The notes: a model not told the origin generated them from the letters alone. Positions 18,817 to 27,599 are shown, counted from the stretch's first letter. The stretch: DNA of 64,000 nt from an uncultured Clostridiaceae bacterium (GCA_949927585.1 CATLFA010000005.1:2319-66318), one strand, 5' to 3'. Translations and numbers: made by a program.

Positions 18817-20790
18817 TTAATATTCTTCTCTTCTTTTATTCATTTGTACCAACTTGTTAATATTTGTTTCTACGAATTCAAATTCTTTTGCAGTTGGTCT
18901 TATTTGTATTATTGCTGTGTCCGCTCCTACTTTTAAAAGTCCCTCTCCTTTTTCACATGTAACTAGGAAACCTGCTTCTCCAGAGCTTAATTTAAATACT
19001 TCTTTTAAGTATTGTATTTCTGATTTATCTTGTGCTAAAAATAGTTTTGTATCTGATGAAGTTAAAACTGCTTGTGCTTCTGGTCTTTCATAAAAGTCTT
19101 GGAACCTTTGTGAAATGATTGCAAGTGATACATTTCTTTTTCTTGCACGACGTGCCATTGTGTTTAAAAAGTCTACGGCTTCTGGGTATGGAAGTAACAT
19201 CCATGCCTCGTCTACTAAAACTCTTTTCTTAGAAGCTTTTGTTCTATCTTCACTATTTTTCTTAACATATTTTTCCCAAATCCAAGAAAGTAATATTTGC
19301 TGTGCTAATGGCCTTGCAAACCTTTCCTCTAACTGAGATATATCTAAGTTTATAAATAAGGTTCCATCTAATAAATCAAATGTAGATTGTCCATCAAAGT
19401 ATGCCATTTGTCCGTTATATTCTCTTATATATTGTTTCATAACTTTCATTAAATAGCTATAATGGAATTGGTAGTCTGGGTTTTTGTTTTCTTCTGCTTT
19501 ACGAAGAATTCTTCTATACCATGAACCAATTGTTGGCATTTCTTTCTTTTGCCTTCCAAGTAAATTTCCTGTTGCCATTGAGTTTGTAACAAATAAGCTA
19601 TTAGGGTCACTATTTATTCCTGCTTCTACATATTCTTCTGCTACTGACTCTGATATTATTTGTTTTGTAAGCTCATTTACTTCTTTTGACCTTGTACTTC
19701 CTCTTGCCATTGTAACCAATGCATTTGTTACGTCTTCTACTTTGTTTTCAACATTAACTACTGACCTTGATTTTCCTGTTATTTCGTCTTTTATAATTTC
19801 TGGCTCTATATCAAATAAGTTAATTACTGTTTGTGATGTTGGGCTTATTACAACATTTATTCCACCTAAACTTTCGGCAACTATTGAATACTCACCTTCA
19901 GCATCTAGTGCTAAACTTTGTATTCCCATTAGTACTGCACTACGTGAAATTAATGTTTTCATTGTAACAGATTTACCAGCACCTGATTTAGCAAATATAA
20001 CCATGTTATAGTTTGTTAATGAACTATGGAAGTTATCAAATAATATTGGTACTCCTGTTTGTTTGTTAAACCCTAGGGGTATACCTGTTGGGTGCCCTAC
20101 TTCTGATGTTGTGAATGGGAATACTGTTGACATTGAACGCCTATCAAATGTATGTGTTTTATTTATTTTGTTTTCCATTAATGGTATATTGCTTTTGAAG
20201 GCTTCTTCTTGCATTCCCCAGGCGCTTTTTATATCTACTAAACTTTTTGACATTTCTGATGCTAGCATTTTTGTATATCTGTTTAAATCTTCTAGGCTAT
20301 ATGCAAATAATGTAGATACTATTGATGCTTCAAATAATTTGTTATACCCTGCTGCAATTTCGTCTCTTAATTGTTCTGCTTCCCATCTTTTTTGCCCTAT
20401 TGTGCTTTCTCTGTTTATATTTCCTCTATCTGCTGCAACAATTCTTTCTGTTTCAAGTTCGTTAATAACTCTGTTTAATTCATTTTGTGACCTTGACTCT
20501 GGTATTGGGTTTATATATATTGATGTATTTATATCTCCAAACATGTACATATCCCTAAATAGTTCTGGGAATGTTGCCATTCTTGGAAGATTTGATACGA
20601 AGAAACTACGTGCATACCTTGTAATATTTGAAATTATTTCTAAGTGGTCAATATTACTTGCATCTATTCCAGATGGTGCTATTAATTCTTTAATTGTTTT
20701 TCTTTTTAGAATTTGATATTCATCTGGGTTTGTATAGTCATTATTAAGCTGTCTTTCTCTTTCTAGTTCTCTTTGCTTTTTCTTTGACAT
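18817..20790 (-). CDS. VirB4-family conjugative T4SS ATPase
   Basis: Walker A FAKSGAGKSVT and Walker B KRVLVDEAWMLL are present. The N-terminal domain is typical of VirB4/TcpF/PrgJ. GGAGG precedes the ATG at 20790; the ORF track start is 20811. Confidence 0.85.
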   Translation of the reverse strand: MSKKKQRELERERQLNNDYTNPDEYQILKRKTIKELIAPSGIDASNIDHLEIISNITRYARSFFVSNLPRMATFPELFRDMYMFGDINTSIYINPIPESRSQNELNRVINELETERIVAADRGNINRESTIGQKRWEAEQLRDEIAAGYNKLFEASIVSTLFAYSLEDLNRYTKMLASEMSKSLVDIKSAWGMQEEAFKSNIPLMENKINKTHTFDRRSMSTVFPFTTSEVGHPTGIPLGFNKQTGVPILFDNFHSSLTNYNMVIFAKSGAGKSVTMKTLISRSAVLMGIQSLALDAEGEYSIVAESLGGINVVISPTSQTVINLFDIEPEIIKDEITGKSRSVVNVENKVEDVTNALVTMARGSTRSKEVNELTKQIISESVAEEYVEAGINSDPNSLFVTNSMATGNLLGRQKKEMPTIGSWYRRILRKAEENKNPDYQFHYSYLMKVMKQYIREYNGQMAYFDGQSTFDLLDGTLFINLDISQLEERFARPLAQQILLSWIWEKYVKKNSEDRTKASKKRVLVDEAWMLLPYPEAVDFLNTMARRARKRNVSLAIISQRFQDFYERPEAQAVLTSSDTKLFLAQDKSEIQYLKEVFKLSSGEAGFLVTCEKGEGLLKVGADTAIIQIRPTAKEFEFVETNINKLVQMNKRREEY

Positions 20791-21943
20791 TCTCAGTTCC
20801 TCCTTCTTCATTTGTGTCTATTTTATTAATTGCTTCTTCTGCTATATCTTTACCAATTATTTGTGTATTTTCCTCAATAATTAGTTGTGCAAGTTCTGCA
20901 ATTAAATCTCTTTTGTTTGCTTTCTTTTCTTCAAGTGCTTTTTGTTTTTCTGACCTTGCTTCATTTACTTTATTTGTTGCAAGTTCTAAAGCTTCTTGTT
21001 CTATTTGTTCATTTAATAATCTCATTTGTTTATCTACTACATCTGGTGCTGTTGAATATAACTCGTCATATCCTGCTTTTAATGCTTTTTCTAATCCATA
21101 GCTTTCTGCTTCGTCACGGTTGTATGCCATATATAGTAATTCTATAAGCTCGTTAGAGTCCATTACGCTTGAATTTATTCCACATACTGCTAAAGTTCTT
21201 ACAACTGATTGTGCTCTTGTATATAATTCTGAAAATGCTAAGTTTCTTTGTTCTTGTTTATCAAATTGATTTTCTCCAAGTTCTTCTACATAATATGGTA
21301 TTACAACATAATATTTTTTATTAAGAACATTTTTGTTTAAGCTCATTTTCTCTGTTGAGTATATAATATCTTTTCCATATTCATATAAGTTTTTTTGTTT
21401 TGTAAGTTCGAAATATGCTTTGTCTAATTGTTCTTTAGTGTATGTTTCAGCTCTTTGCATTTGTTTATATTGCATTTCTTGCTTTTCTACTGCCATTTCT
21501 ATTTCTTTTATTTTTTCTTTATATGTTTGGATACTATTATCTAAGTTTACTGTTCTTGTTTGTGTATATATTTGTACTGGGTGGCGTAGTGTATTTAGGA
21601 ATTGAACAAATCCATCTTCAACACCATTTTTTTCGGCTTCTGACATTAGGTCATAATTTATACCTTGGCATTCAACTACCATTACATATCTTTTTCCGTC
21701 TTTTTGTGAAATCATGTTATCTACTACTGTGTCAAATTCCATAAAGTCTAATACTGAAGCAGTTCTATAGTCTTTAAATTTTTTAGTTTTAGAATTTTTA
21801 ACTTCTTCTTTTGGTTTATTTTCGTTTTCTTCTTTTTTATTAATTTTTGAATATGCAAAAACTATTCCTAGTGCTATTAGCAAAATAACCATTATTACAA
21901 GTACTATCATTAGTACCATAGTTAACAAATTTATAGTATCCAT
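20744..21943 (-). CDS. conjugation-module membrane/coiled-coil protein, function unknown
   Basis: 399 aa with an N-terminal TM (LLTMVLMIVLVIMVILLIALGIVFA). The start overlaps the PrgI-like stop (ATGA). The mid-region loosely resembles VirB4 N-terminal domains. Confidence 0.5.
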   Translation of the reverse strand: MDTINLLTMVLMIVLVIMVILLIALGIVFAYSKINKKEENENKPKEEVKNSKTKKFKDYRTASVLDFMEFDTVVDNMISQKDGKRYVMVVECQGINYDLMSEAEKNGVEDGFVQFLNTLRHPVQIYTQTRTVNLDNSIQTYKEKIKEIEMAVEKQEMQYKQMQRAETYTKEQLDKAYFELTKQKNLYEYGKDIIYSTEKMSLNKNVLNKKYYVVIPYYVEELGENQFDKQEQRNLAFSELYTRAQSVVRTLAVCGINSSVMDSNELIELLYMAYNRDEAESYGLEKALKAGYDELYSTAPDVVDKQMRLLNEQIEQEALELATNKVNEARSEKQKALEEKKANKRDLIAELAQLIIEENTQIIGKDIAEEAINKIDTNEEGGTENVKEKAKRTRKRKTA

Positions 21944-22284
21944 TATTTTTCTTCCTCCTTAGTATATAAATAGATTTTATTTCCTTTTTTCTTAAACATT
22001 ATACCTCTTTTAATAATATCATCTATATTTTCTCCACCTACTGTTTTAGTGAATTTTAGTAATCCTATTTCAGGTATTTTAAAAGTACCTATAACAAAAC
22101 CGATTAATGCAGTAATAACAATAGCTACTATTCCTATAACATGTAAATTCATTAATGAGAATAGACCATAAAGTGGTAAGCCTCCCCCTACTCCTATTAC
22201 TGTATATATTAAACTTTTTCCTGAGAATATAAATAGTATTCTACCTTCACCTTTTACATTTCTAGGTATGTTATATGTACCCAT
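21943..22284 (-). CDS. PrgI/TcpE (VirB3-like) small membrane protein
   Basis: 113 aa. It has YNIPRNVKGEGRILF followed by two TM helices. It sits immediately upstream of the VirB4 region. Confidence 0.6.
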   Translation of the reverse strand: MGTYNIPRNVKGEGRILFIFSGKSLIYTVIGVGGGLPLYGLFSLMNLHVIGIVAIVITALIGFVIGTFKIPEIGLLKFTKTVGGENIDDIIKRGIMFKKKGNKIYLYTKEEEK

Positions 22285-22491
22285 ATATGTTTCCTCCTAT
22301 TTTGCTTTTGTTTAATTCCTTTTTAGCATATAATTACACTTGATTATATTATAACAGATATCTTGCTAAAATGTAACAAAAAAAGCAAAAAAAATGCATA
22401 AAAATGCATTTTTAATGTAATTGTAATATGTTTGTTATGGTTTTGTAAAAAATAAAAGGTAGAATTTTGAAAATCTACCTTTTTATTTTTA

Positions 22492-22863
22492 TTATCCATT
22501 AAATGAATTTGCTATATTGTATACAACATTTACTATTGTTGTAGAAGCAAATATTAATATTGCACCAACTAAGTATGGTATCATTGTCTTTTTGTATTCT
22601 GCTTTTTCTTCTGCACTACCTATCATGTATTTAACACCTAATATTAATAGCACAACAACTGCAACTACTATACCTACTGTTTGCATAATTGTTACTATTG
22701 TTTTTCCTAAATTAACTACTTCTGTTGGTTGTTTTCCACTACCATTAGCCATATCTTTTATTTGTTGTGATAAGTCTGGTGCTGCGCATACTACACTAGA
22801 AATTGATGCTATAACCATCATAACTATTAATATCATAGATAATATTTTTACTTGTTTTTTCAT
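22492..22863 (-). CDS. Maff2/TrbC(VirB2)-like small membrane protein, paralog 3
   Basis: 123 aa with a signal peptide and two TM helices around a conserved ..KYM.GS.EE.AEYKK.. loop. Confidence 0.55.
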   Translation of the reverse strand: MKKQVKILSMILIVMMVIASISSVVCAAPDLSQQIKDMANGSGKQPTEVVNLGKTIVTIMQTVGIVVAVVVLLILGVKYMIGSAEEKAEYKKTMIPYLVGAILIFASTTIVNVVYNIANSFNG

Positions 22864-22966
22864 AGAATTTTTCCTCCTTAATTTTCATTACTATTTTAAT
22901 TATAATATATATTTTTTTATTTTTCAACTATTTTTTCTATTTTTTGCTTATTTTTTCTATTTTTTA

Positions 22967-23359
22967 TTAAATTCCTTGTAATACTGTAACAACAATTTTC
23001 CATATTGTAAATGCTCCAAACACTACAACACAGCCCATTACATATATTATTAATGCTTTTTGGACCTCTGCTTTTCCTTCTACTCCTGCTGTCATAAATT
23101 TTATTCCTAACAATACACCAATTAATACTGCTGCTATTATTCCTACTACTAAAAGAATGTTATATATTGTATCTGATAATTCTTTTAATTTTTCTTGTGT
23201 AATTAGTCCATTAGCTCCTGCTTGTCCTTTTTGTATAAATCCATCTGCTTCTTTTATTACTTCTCCTGCTGTATGGCTTGTTGCATATGTGTAACTTTGC
23301 ATACTAAGTAATACTACAAAAGTAATTATTAATAATATTATAGATATTATCTTTTTCAT
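22967..23359 (-). CDS. Maff2/TrbC(VirB2)-like small membrane protein, paralog 2
   Basis: The architecture matches its neighbours. The start is placed at MKKIISI after GAAGGTG; the ORF track start is 23383. Confidence 0.55.
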   Translation of the reverse strand: MKKIISIILLIITFVVLLSMQSYTYATSHTAGEVIKEADGFIQKGQAGANGLITQEKLKELSDTIYNILLVVGIIAAVLIGVLLGIKFMTAGVEGKAEVQKALIIYVMGCVVVFGAFTIWKIVVTVLQGI

Positions 23360-23375
23360 GTTTTCACCTTCTTCT

Positions 23376-23774
23376 CTATACATTAACTTGTGACATTATT
23401 CCCCATATAATGCTTACTATTTTACCTGATAAAAAAAGCATTAATGTTCCAATAATCATAGGCATTAATGTTTTTTTGTATTCTGCTCGTTCTTCTATAC
23501 TTCCCATCATGTATTTCATACCTAATACCATAAACATTACTATTGAAATTACTAACCCGACATTTATAATAGCATTAACTATTACTCCTGCTGAACGAAA
23601 AGCTGTAGCTGTGTCTGATGCTGTTAAATCTCCTGGCTTAAAATCATCTGGGTTTATTGTTCCTGCTGATGCACCAGATTGCGATGTTGCTTGAGATATT
23701 GTTGCAAAACTTGTTAATAACATAGTAACTAATAATATTGTTGTTATTATTTTTGTTATGTTTTTTATTTTCAT
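23376..23774 (-). CDS. Maff2/TrbC(VirB2)-like small membrane protein, paralog 1
   Basis: 132 aa with a signal peptide, LGMKYMMGSIEERAEYKKTLMPMIIG and a GGAGG RBS. Confidence 0.55.
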   Translation of the reverse strand: MKIKNITKIITTILLVTMLLTSFATISQATSQSGASAGTINPDDFKPGDLTASDTATAFRSAGVIVNAIINVGLVISIVMFMVLGMKYMMGSIEERAEYKKTLMPMIIGTLMLFLSGKIVSIIWGIMSQVNV

Positions 23775-23903
23775 TTGTTACCTCCGTTTTATTTCTATAA
23801 TTTCATTATAACTTATTATTTTTGTTTTTTCAACATTTTTTGATTTTTTTGCATAATATCGCAATTGGTTTTTTATAATTCACATTCAAATATATTTTTA
23901 TGC

Positions 23904-24053
23904 TGTAGAGGCTAAATCGGCAAGCAATACCAAAGAGGAATACTGAATTTCGCCCTTAGTAGATTTTCAATATTTTGTGTAAATTTAAGAAATTCGTTTA
24001 AGGTGTAATTCGGTAAATTTTGATAAGTATTCCTAACTAATTAAGCCTCTACA
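23904..24053. repeat. composite inverted pair of the ~52-nt 'R' element (R1a reverse 23904-23958, R1b forward 23999-24053)
   Basis: The outer ends TGTAGAGGC / GCCTCTACA are perfect inverted repeats. The arms are related to copies at 32909-32960 and 38373-38424. Confidence 0.7.
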
Positions 24054-24139
24054 ATTTTTATTTGAAACATTGTGCTTTCTTAGAATATAGTAAAAGGCAC
24101 GGTGACACGTGCCCCTATTACATAAAATTTGATTTTTTC

Positions 24140-24185
24140 TATATAAAAATTAAAGAACATGTTGCCATGTTCCTTTTTCTTTATT
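24140..24185 (-). terminator. hairpin terminator downstream of the Spo0E-like gene
   Basis: GAACATG-ttgc-CATGTTC is flanked by T/A runs. A second hairpin, GGCACG-gtgaca-CGTGCC, lies at 24096-24113. Confidence 0.5.
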
Positions 24186-24201
24186 ACTACATTTTATTGT
24201 T

Positions 24202-24381
24202 TCATTTATTTACCAACTCATTTTCAGCATTTCTTTTGTTACTTATTATATCTTTTCTGTAGTACTTTGCTATCAATTCATCTAACTCAACACTAAGCTT
24301 GTAGGTTATAGTATAGTCTTGTCCTTGAATTATGCTTTCGTTTAATTTTTCTCTTAATTTACATATTTCATCATTTAACAT
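24202..24381 (-). CDS. Spo0E-family aspartyl-phosphate phosphatase (59 aa; too short for the ORF track)
   Basis: Hand translation gives MLNDEICKLREKLNESIIQGQDYTITYKLSVELDELIAKYYRKDIISNKRNAENELVNK. It carries the S-x-ELD-x-LI signature and a GGAG RBS. Confidence 0.6.
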   Translation of the reverse strand: MLNDEICKLREKLNESIIQGQDYTITYKLSVELDELIAKYYRKDIISNKRNAENELVNK

Positions 24382-24537
24382 ATAACCACTCTCCTTTTTC
24401 GTGAATTTTTCTTTTGTATATCTTTAAAATAACATATTTTTACATTTTAGTCAACAAAAAAATGCCTATTTTAGGCATTTTGCGGAACTTTCGTGTGACA
24501 AATGTTGTCATTTTTTTCTTTTATTCGACATATTGTT

Positions 24538-25806
24538 TTATTTTGATTTTATAACTGACATTACTAAATTTTTTTCGTCAAATAATTCGTTTAATATTTG
24601 TTTTGTATATTCGACTGTTACTGTATTATATTCTTCTATATAATTAAATGAATTTATCCCTTTAAAATAATCTGATAAAAACATTCTTGCTATGTCTGCT
24701 ATATCGTTATATTCTACTACATAATCTCCATATACTTTTTTCTTTATTCTATTAAAACATTCTTCATCCATATTTTCTTTTAGTTTTTTTATTTGTGTCA
24801 TCAGTTGTTCTTTTACTTTTTCTGGTTCCTTTGATTGGCCTGTTAACATTACATGTGCATAATTATTAGTAAATTCATAATCCATATCCATAGGTGTTAA
24901 AAGCAGTCCTTGTTTATACATGTTTTGATATAGTTCTGAACTTTTTCCCACCAACATATTCATTAATATTTCTATTGCTATATGGCGTTTTACTTTTTCT
25001 TTTCCTAAGTTTTCATCTTTAAACCCAATCAAAAATATTGGTTTGCTAACTTCCATTGTACTTTCTTTATATTTTTTATTTAATCCTTTTTCACTTTCTG
25101 GGTATATTCTTTGTATTTCACCTTGATTTTCTTTTTCTACTATTCTATTTTTTATTTCTTGCAATATTTCTTCTGGTTTAAAGTTTCCACACACTACTAA
25201 TACCATATTTGATGGGTTATAGAAAGTATTATAACATTTATATAAAACATCTTTATCTATTTTACTAATTGATTCTACTGTTCCTGCTATATCTATTTTT
25301 ACTGCATTTTCTTTATACATGCAATCTAATGCATTCATATATAATTGCCAACCTGGATCATCGTCATACATTCCTATTTCTTGACCTATTATTCCTTTTT
25401 CCTTTTCTACATTTTCATCTGTGAAATATGGATGTTGTACATAATCCATTAGTTCATCTAAGGCTTCATAGAAATTATTAGTAGTTCCAAATAAATATGC
25501 TGTGTGATTATTTGTTGTATATGCATTTGCATCTACACCTAATGACATTAATACATCTAGGCTGTTTCTTCCATTTTCTTGTTCAAACATTTTGTGTTCT
25601 AAAAAATGTGCCACTCCATCTGGTACAAATACTTCTTCTTTATTTTTTGGTTCTATAAATCTATTATCTATTGAACCAAAATGTGTTCCCCATATTACAT
25701 ATTTTTTTTCTGTATTTTCTTTTGGAATTATTATAATTGTTAAGCCATTCTCTAACTTTTCTATATAGGCTTTTTCTTTTATTCTTGTGCTTTCTATTAA
25801 TTTCAT
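24538..25806 (-). CDS. M16-family zinc peptidase (active subunit, HxxEH)
   Basis: 422 aa with GVAHFLEHKMFEQ. It is paired with a second M16 gene upstream. Confidence 0.8.
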   Translation of the reverse strand: MKLIESTRIKEKAYIEKLENGLTIIIIPKENTEKKYVIWGTHFGSIDNRFIEPKNKEEVFVPDGVAHFLEHKMFEQENGRNSLDVLMSLGVDANAYTTNNHTAYLFGTTNNFYEALDELMDYVQHPYFTDENVEKEKGIIGQEIGMYDDDPGWQLYMNALDCMYKENAVKIDIAGTVESISKIDKDVLYKCYNTFYNPSNMVLVVCGNFKPEEILQEIKNRIVEKENQGEIQRIYPESEKGLNKKYKESTMEVSKPIFLIGFKDENLGKEKVKRHIAIEILMNMLVGKSSELYQNMYKQGLLLTPMDMDYEFTNNYAHVMLTGQSKEPEKVKEQLMTQIKKLKENMDEECFNRIKKKVYGDYVVEYNDIADIARMFLSDYFKGINSFNYIEEYNTVTVEYTKQILNELFDEKNLVMSVIKSK

Positions 25807-25818
25807 GGTTTCTCCTTT

Positions 25819-25918
25819 GGGAGGTTGGAAGTTGGAGGTTGGAGGTTGGATTATTGGGTAATTTCTTTGAAGTATTTACCCTTTATTCCAACTTCCAACT
25901 TCTAACTTCTAACTTCCA
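25819..25918. repeat. heptanucleotide-repeat hairpin module H1 in the 5' leader of the M16 gene
   Basis: The left arm GGGAGGTTGGAAGTTGGAGGTTGGAGGTTGGA (25819-25850) is complementary to TCCAACTTCCAACTTCTAACTTCTAACTTCCA (25887-25918). The centre GGGTAATTTCTTTGAAGTATTTACCC is conserved with H2. Confidence 0.75.
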
Positions 25919-25973
25919 TATTTTTATATTTATTTTATAACCGTTATTTATTGATGTAGAGTAACCTTATGTG

Positions 25974-26072
25974 TTTGTATATATTAAAATCAAAATTGAA
26001 ACCCGACAGCCCTTGAGGCGGGGGAATCCCCTTTGTCTTGGAGGGTTCAATTTTTATTTTAATATATACAAA
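25974..26072. repeat. long AT-rich inverted repeat (~30-nt arms) around a G/C-rich 38-nt centre
   Basis: The arms are TTTGTATATATTAAAATCAAAATTGAAACCC and GGGTTCAATTTTTATTTTAATATATACAAA. The centre contains GGGGAATCCCC. Confidence 0.7.
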
Positions 26073-26104
26073 TGCAGAAGGTCGCTAATTTTAAATATAA
26101 TAAT

Positions 26105-27364
26105 TTAATTTTTCAAAAAATAAACTGTATTTAATTTAACACTTTTGGCTACTTCTACAATTTGCTCTTTGCTCACATTTTGTATTTTTTCTTTATATTC
26201 TTCTACTGAAATATTTGTACCTGCTAATTCTTGACCTAAGTAATAGCTTATTTCTGTGTCTTGCTCTTCTGGTATATTTTCTATTGTTGCTATTATTAAA
26301 TTTTTAGCATTTTCTATGTCTTCATCTGTGAAATTTCCTTCCTGCATATCTTTTAATTGTTCTTTTATTATTTCTAATGCTTTTTCATAATTTTCTATTT
26401 CTATTCCTGCTCTTATCATTATGTTTTGTTTTCTTTTTAGGAAGTTAGAGCCTACTGTATATGCTAAACTCGCTTTTTCTCTTACATTTTGGAACATTTT
26501 TGAGTTTGCCCCTCCACCTAAAATAGTGTTGTAGCACATGGTTATATAACTTAAATTTTCCATATTTGAAGTTACATCTAAACCTATAACTAACTTTCCT
26601 TGTGTAATATCCATACTTTCTTGTACTACATTCTCTTTTTCTGGAATTTGTTTTTGTTCATCTTTTATTTGTATGTTTCTTTCTTGTAATTTAATAATAT
26701 TTTCATTTTCTTTTACTATGTCTTCAGTATTTTGTGGTAATATTCCTGAAGCAAATATATCTATTTTACATTCTTGTATTACTTTTTTATAATGGTTATA
26801 TAGCTCTTCTGATGTTATATTTTTTAAATCTTCTATATATCCATATTTATAAAGCCCATATGCTTTATTTTTATACATTTCTTCTATACATCTTTCTAAT
26901 GCATATGAACCTTTATTGTCTATTTTTCCTTGTATTATTTGTTCTAAATTCTGCTTTTCTTGTTCTACATATTCTGTTTTAAACTTTCCATCTTCTATTA
27001 GTGGATTAAATGCTATATCTAATAATATATCTAAACTATTTTTTAACAAATCTTCTTTTTCTGGTAAAAATTCATCATTTATTGACTCTAAATAAAATTT
27101 TATTGTATGGCTATCTCCTGTCTTTTCTATTCCACAATCAAAACTTGAGCCATACATTTCTTCTAACTTTTTACTTATTTCTTCTTGTTCTTTCATATTT
27201 GCAGTTCCTCTTCTTAAAACTGCTGCAAGTAATGCATTTTTTGTTACAGTTTGCCTTGTTAGTGGTAAACTAAAGAATATTGCAAATAAATTTGTTTTAA
27301 ACTTGTTTGTTTCTATTTCATGAAATTTAATTCCTTTTTTTAATTCTATGGTTTGATTTTTCAT
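26105..27364 (-). CDS. M16-family peptidase-like protein (no HxxEH seen; probable non-catalytic partner)
   Basis: The true start is probably MKNQTIELKKG after AAAGGAG. The 30-codon upstream extension in the ORF track is translation of the GTCCC repeat. Confidence 0.7.
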   Translation of the reverse strand: MKNQTIELKKGIKFHEIETNKFKTNLFAIFFSLPLTRQTVTKNALLAAVLRRGTANMKEQEEISKKLEEMYGSSFDCGIEKTGDSHTIKFYLESINDEFLPEKEDLLKNSLDILLDIAFNPLIEDGKFKTEYVEQEKQNLEQIIQGKIDNKGSYALERCIEEMYKNKAYGLYKYGYIEDLKNITSEELYNHYKKVIQECKIDIFASGILPQNTEDIVKENENIIKLQERNIQIKDEQKQIPEKENVVQESMDITQGKLVIGLDVTSNMENLSYITMCYNTILGGGANSKMFQNVREKASLAYTVGSNFLKRKQNIMIRAGIEIENYEKALEIIKEQLKDMQEGNFTDEDIENAKNLIIATIENIPEEQDTEISYYLGQELAGTNISVEEYKEKIQNVSKEQIVEVAKSVKLNTVYFLKN

Positions 27365-27380
27365 TGTTTTTTCTCCTTTT

Positions 27381-27442
27381 TTGTCCATTGGGTGTCCATT
27401 GGGGACGTTTCCTTTTGGGTAATCTGTCCCTTTTGGGACATT
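27381..27442 (-). repeat. GTCCC/GGGAC double-palindrome element, copy a
   Basis: The minus strand reads AATGTCCCAAAAGGGACAGATTACCCAAAAGGAAACGTCCCCAATGGACACCCAATGGACAA. Related copies lie at 40085-40144 and 54812-54873. Confidence 0.75.
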
Positions 27443-27553
27443 AGAAGTTAGCATTAGAAGTTTGAAGTTGGAAGTTAGAGGTTGGATCTTTTAGTAATTT
27501 CTTCGAAATATTTACTCTATTATTTAACTGTAATGCCTAGTTTCTAACTTTTA
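27441..27553. repeat. heptanucleotide-repeat module H2
   Basis: TTAGAAGTTAGCATTAGAAGTTTGAAGTTGGAAGTTAGAGGTTGGA is followed by the conserved centre TAGTAATTTCTTCGAAATATTTACTC and a degenerate right arm TAGTTTCTAACTTTTA. Confidence 0.6.
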
Positions 27554-27599
27554 TTTTTTTATTATTTTTCTCTTTATTCTAACATTTATATTATAGTAC

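Noticed and set aside
20744-20811. The overlap between the 399-aa ORF and VirB4 as another frameshift-fused gene pair.
   Set aside because: Both ORFs have their own plausible starts. GGAGG precedes the ATG at 20790, and each has a complete domain architecture. No CGG is present in the overlap, so this is ordinary overlapping operon genes.
27365-27454. N-terminal extensions in the ORF track (MLTSNVPKGTDYPKGNVPNGHPMDKKGEKT on the M16-like gene; MSQKWQIPQKETSPMGQWDKKEGRCK on the ABC ATPase, 40066..40143) and the 62-aa ORF 54732..54920, considered as a conserved peptide.
   Set aside because: The three copies are translated in different frames, so the conservation is nucleotide-level (the GTCCC/GGGAC repeat). 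Good RBS-plus-ATG pairs lie downstream of the repeat.
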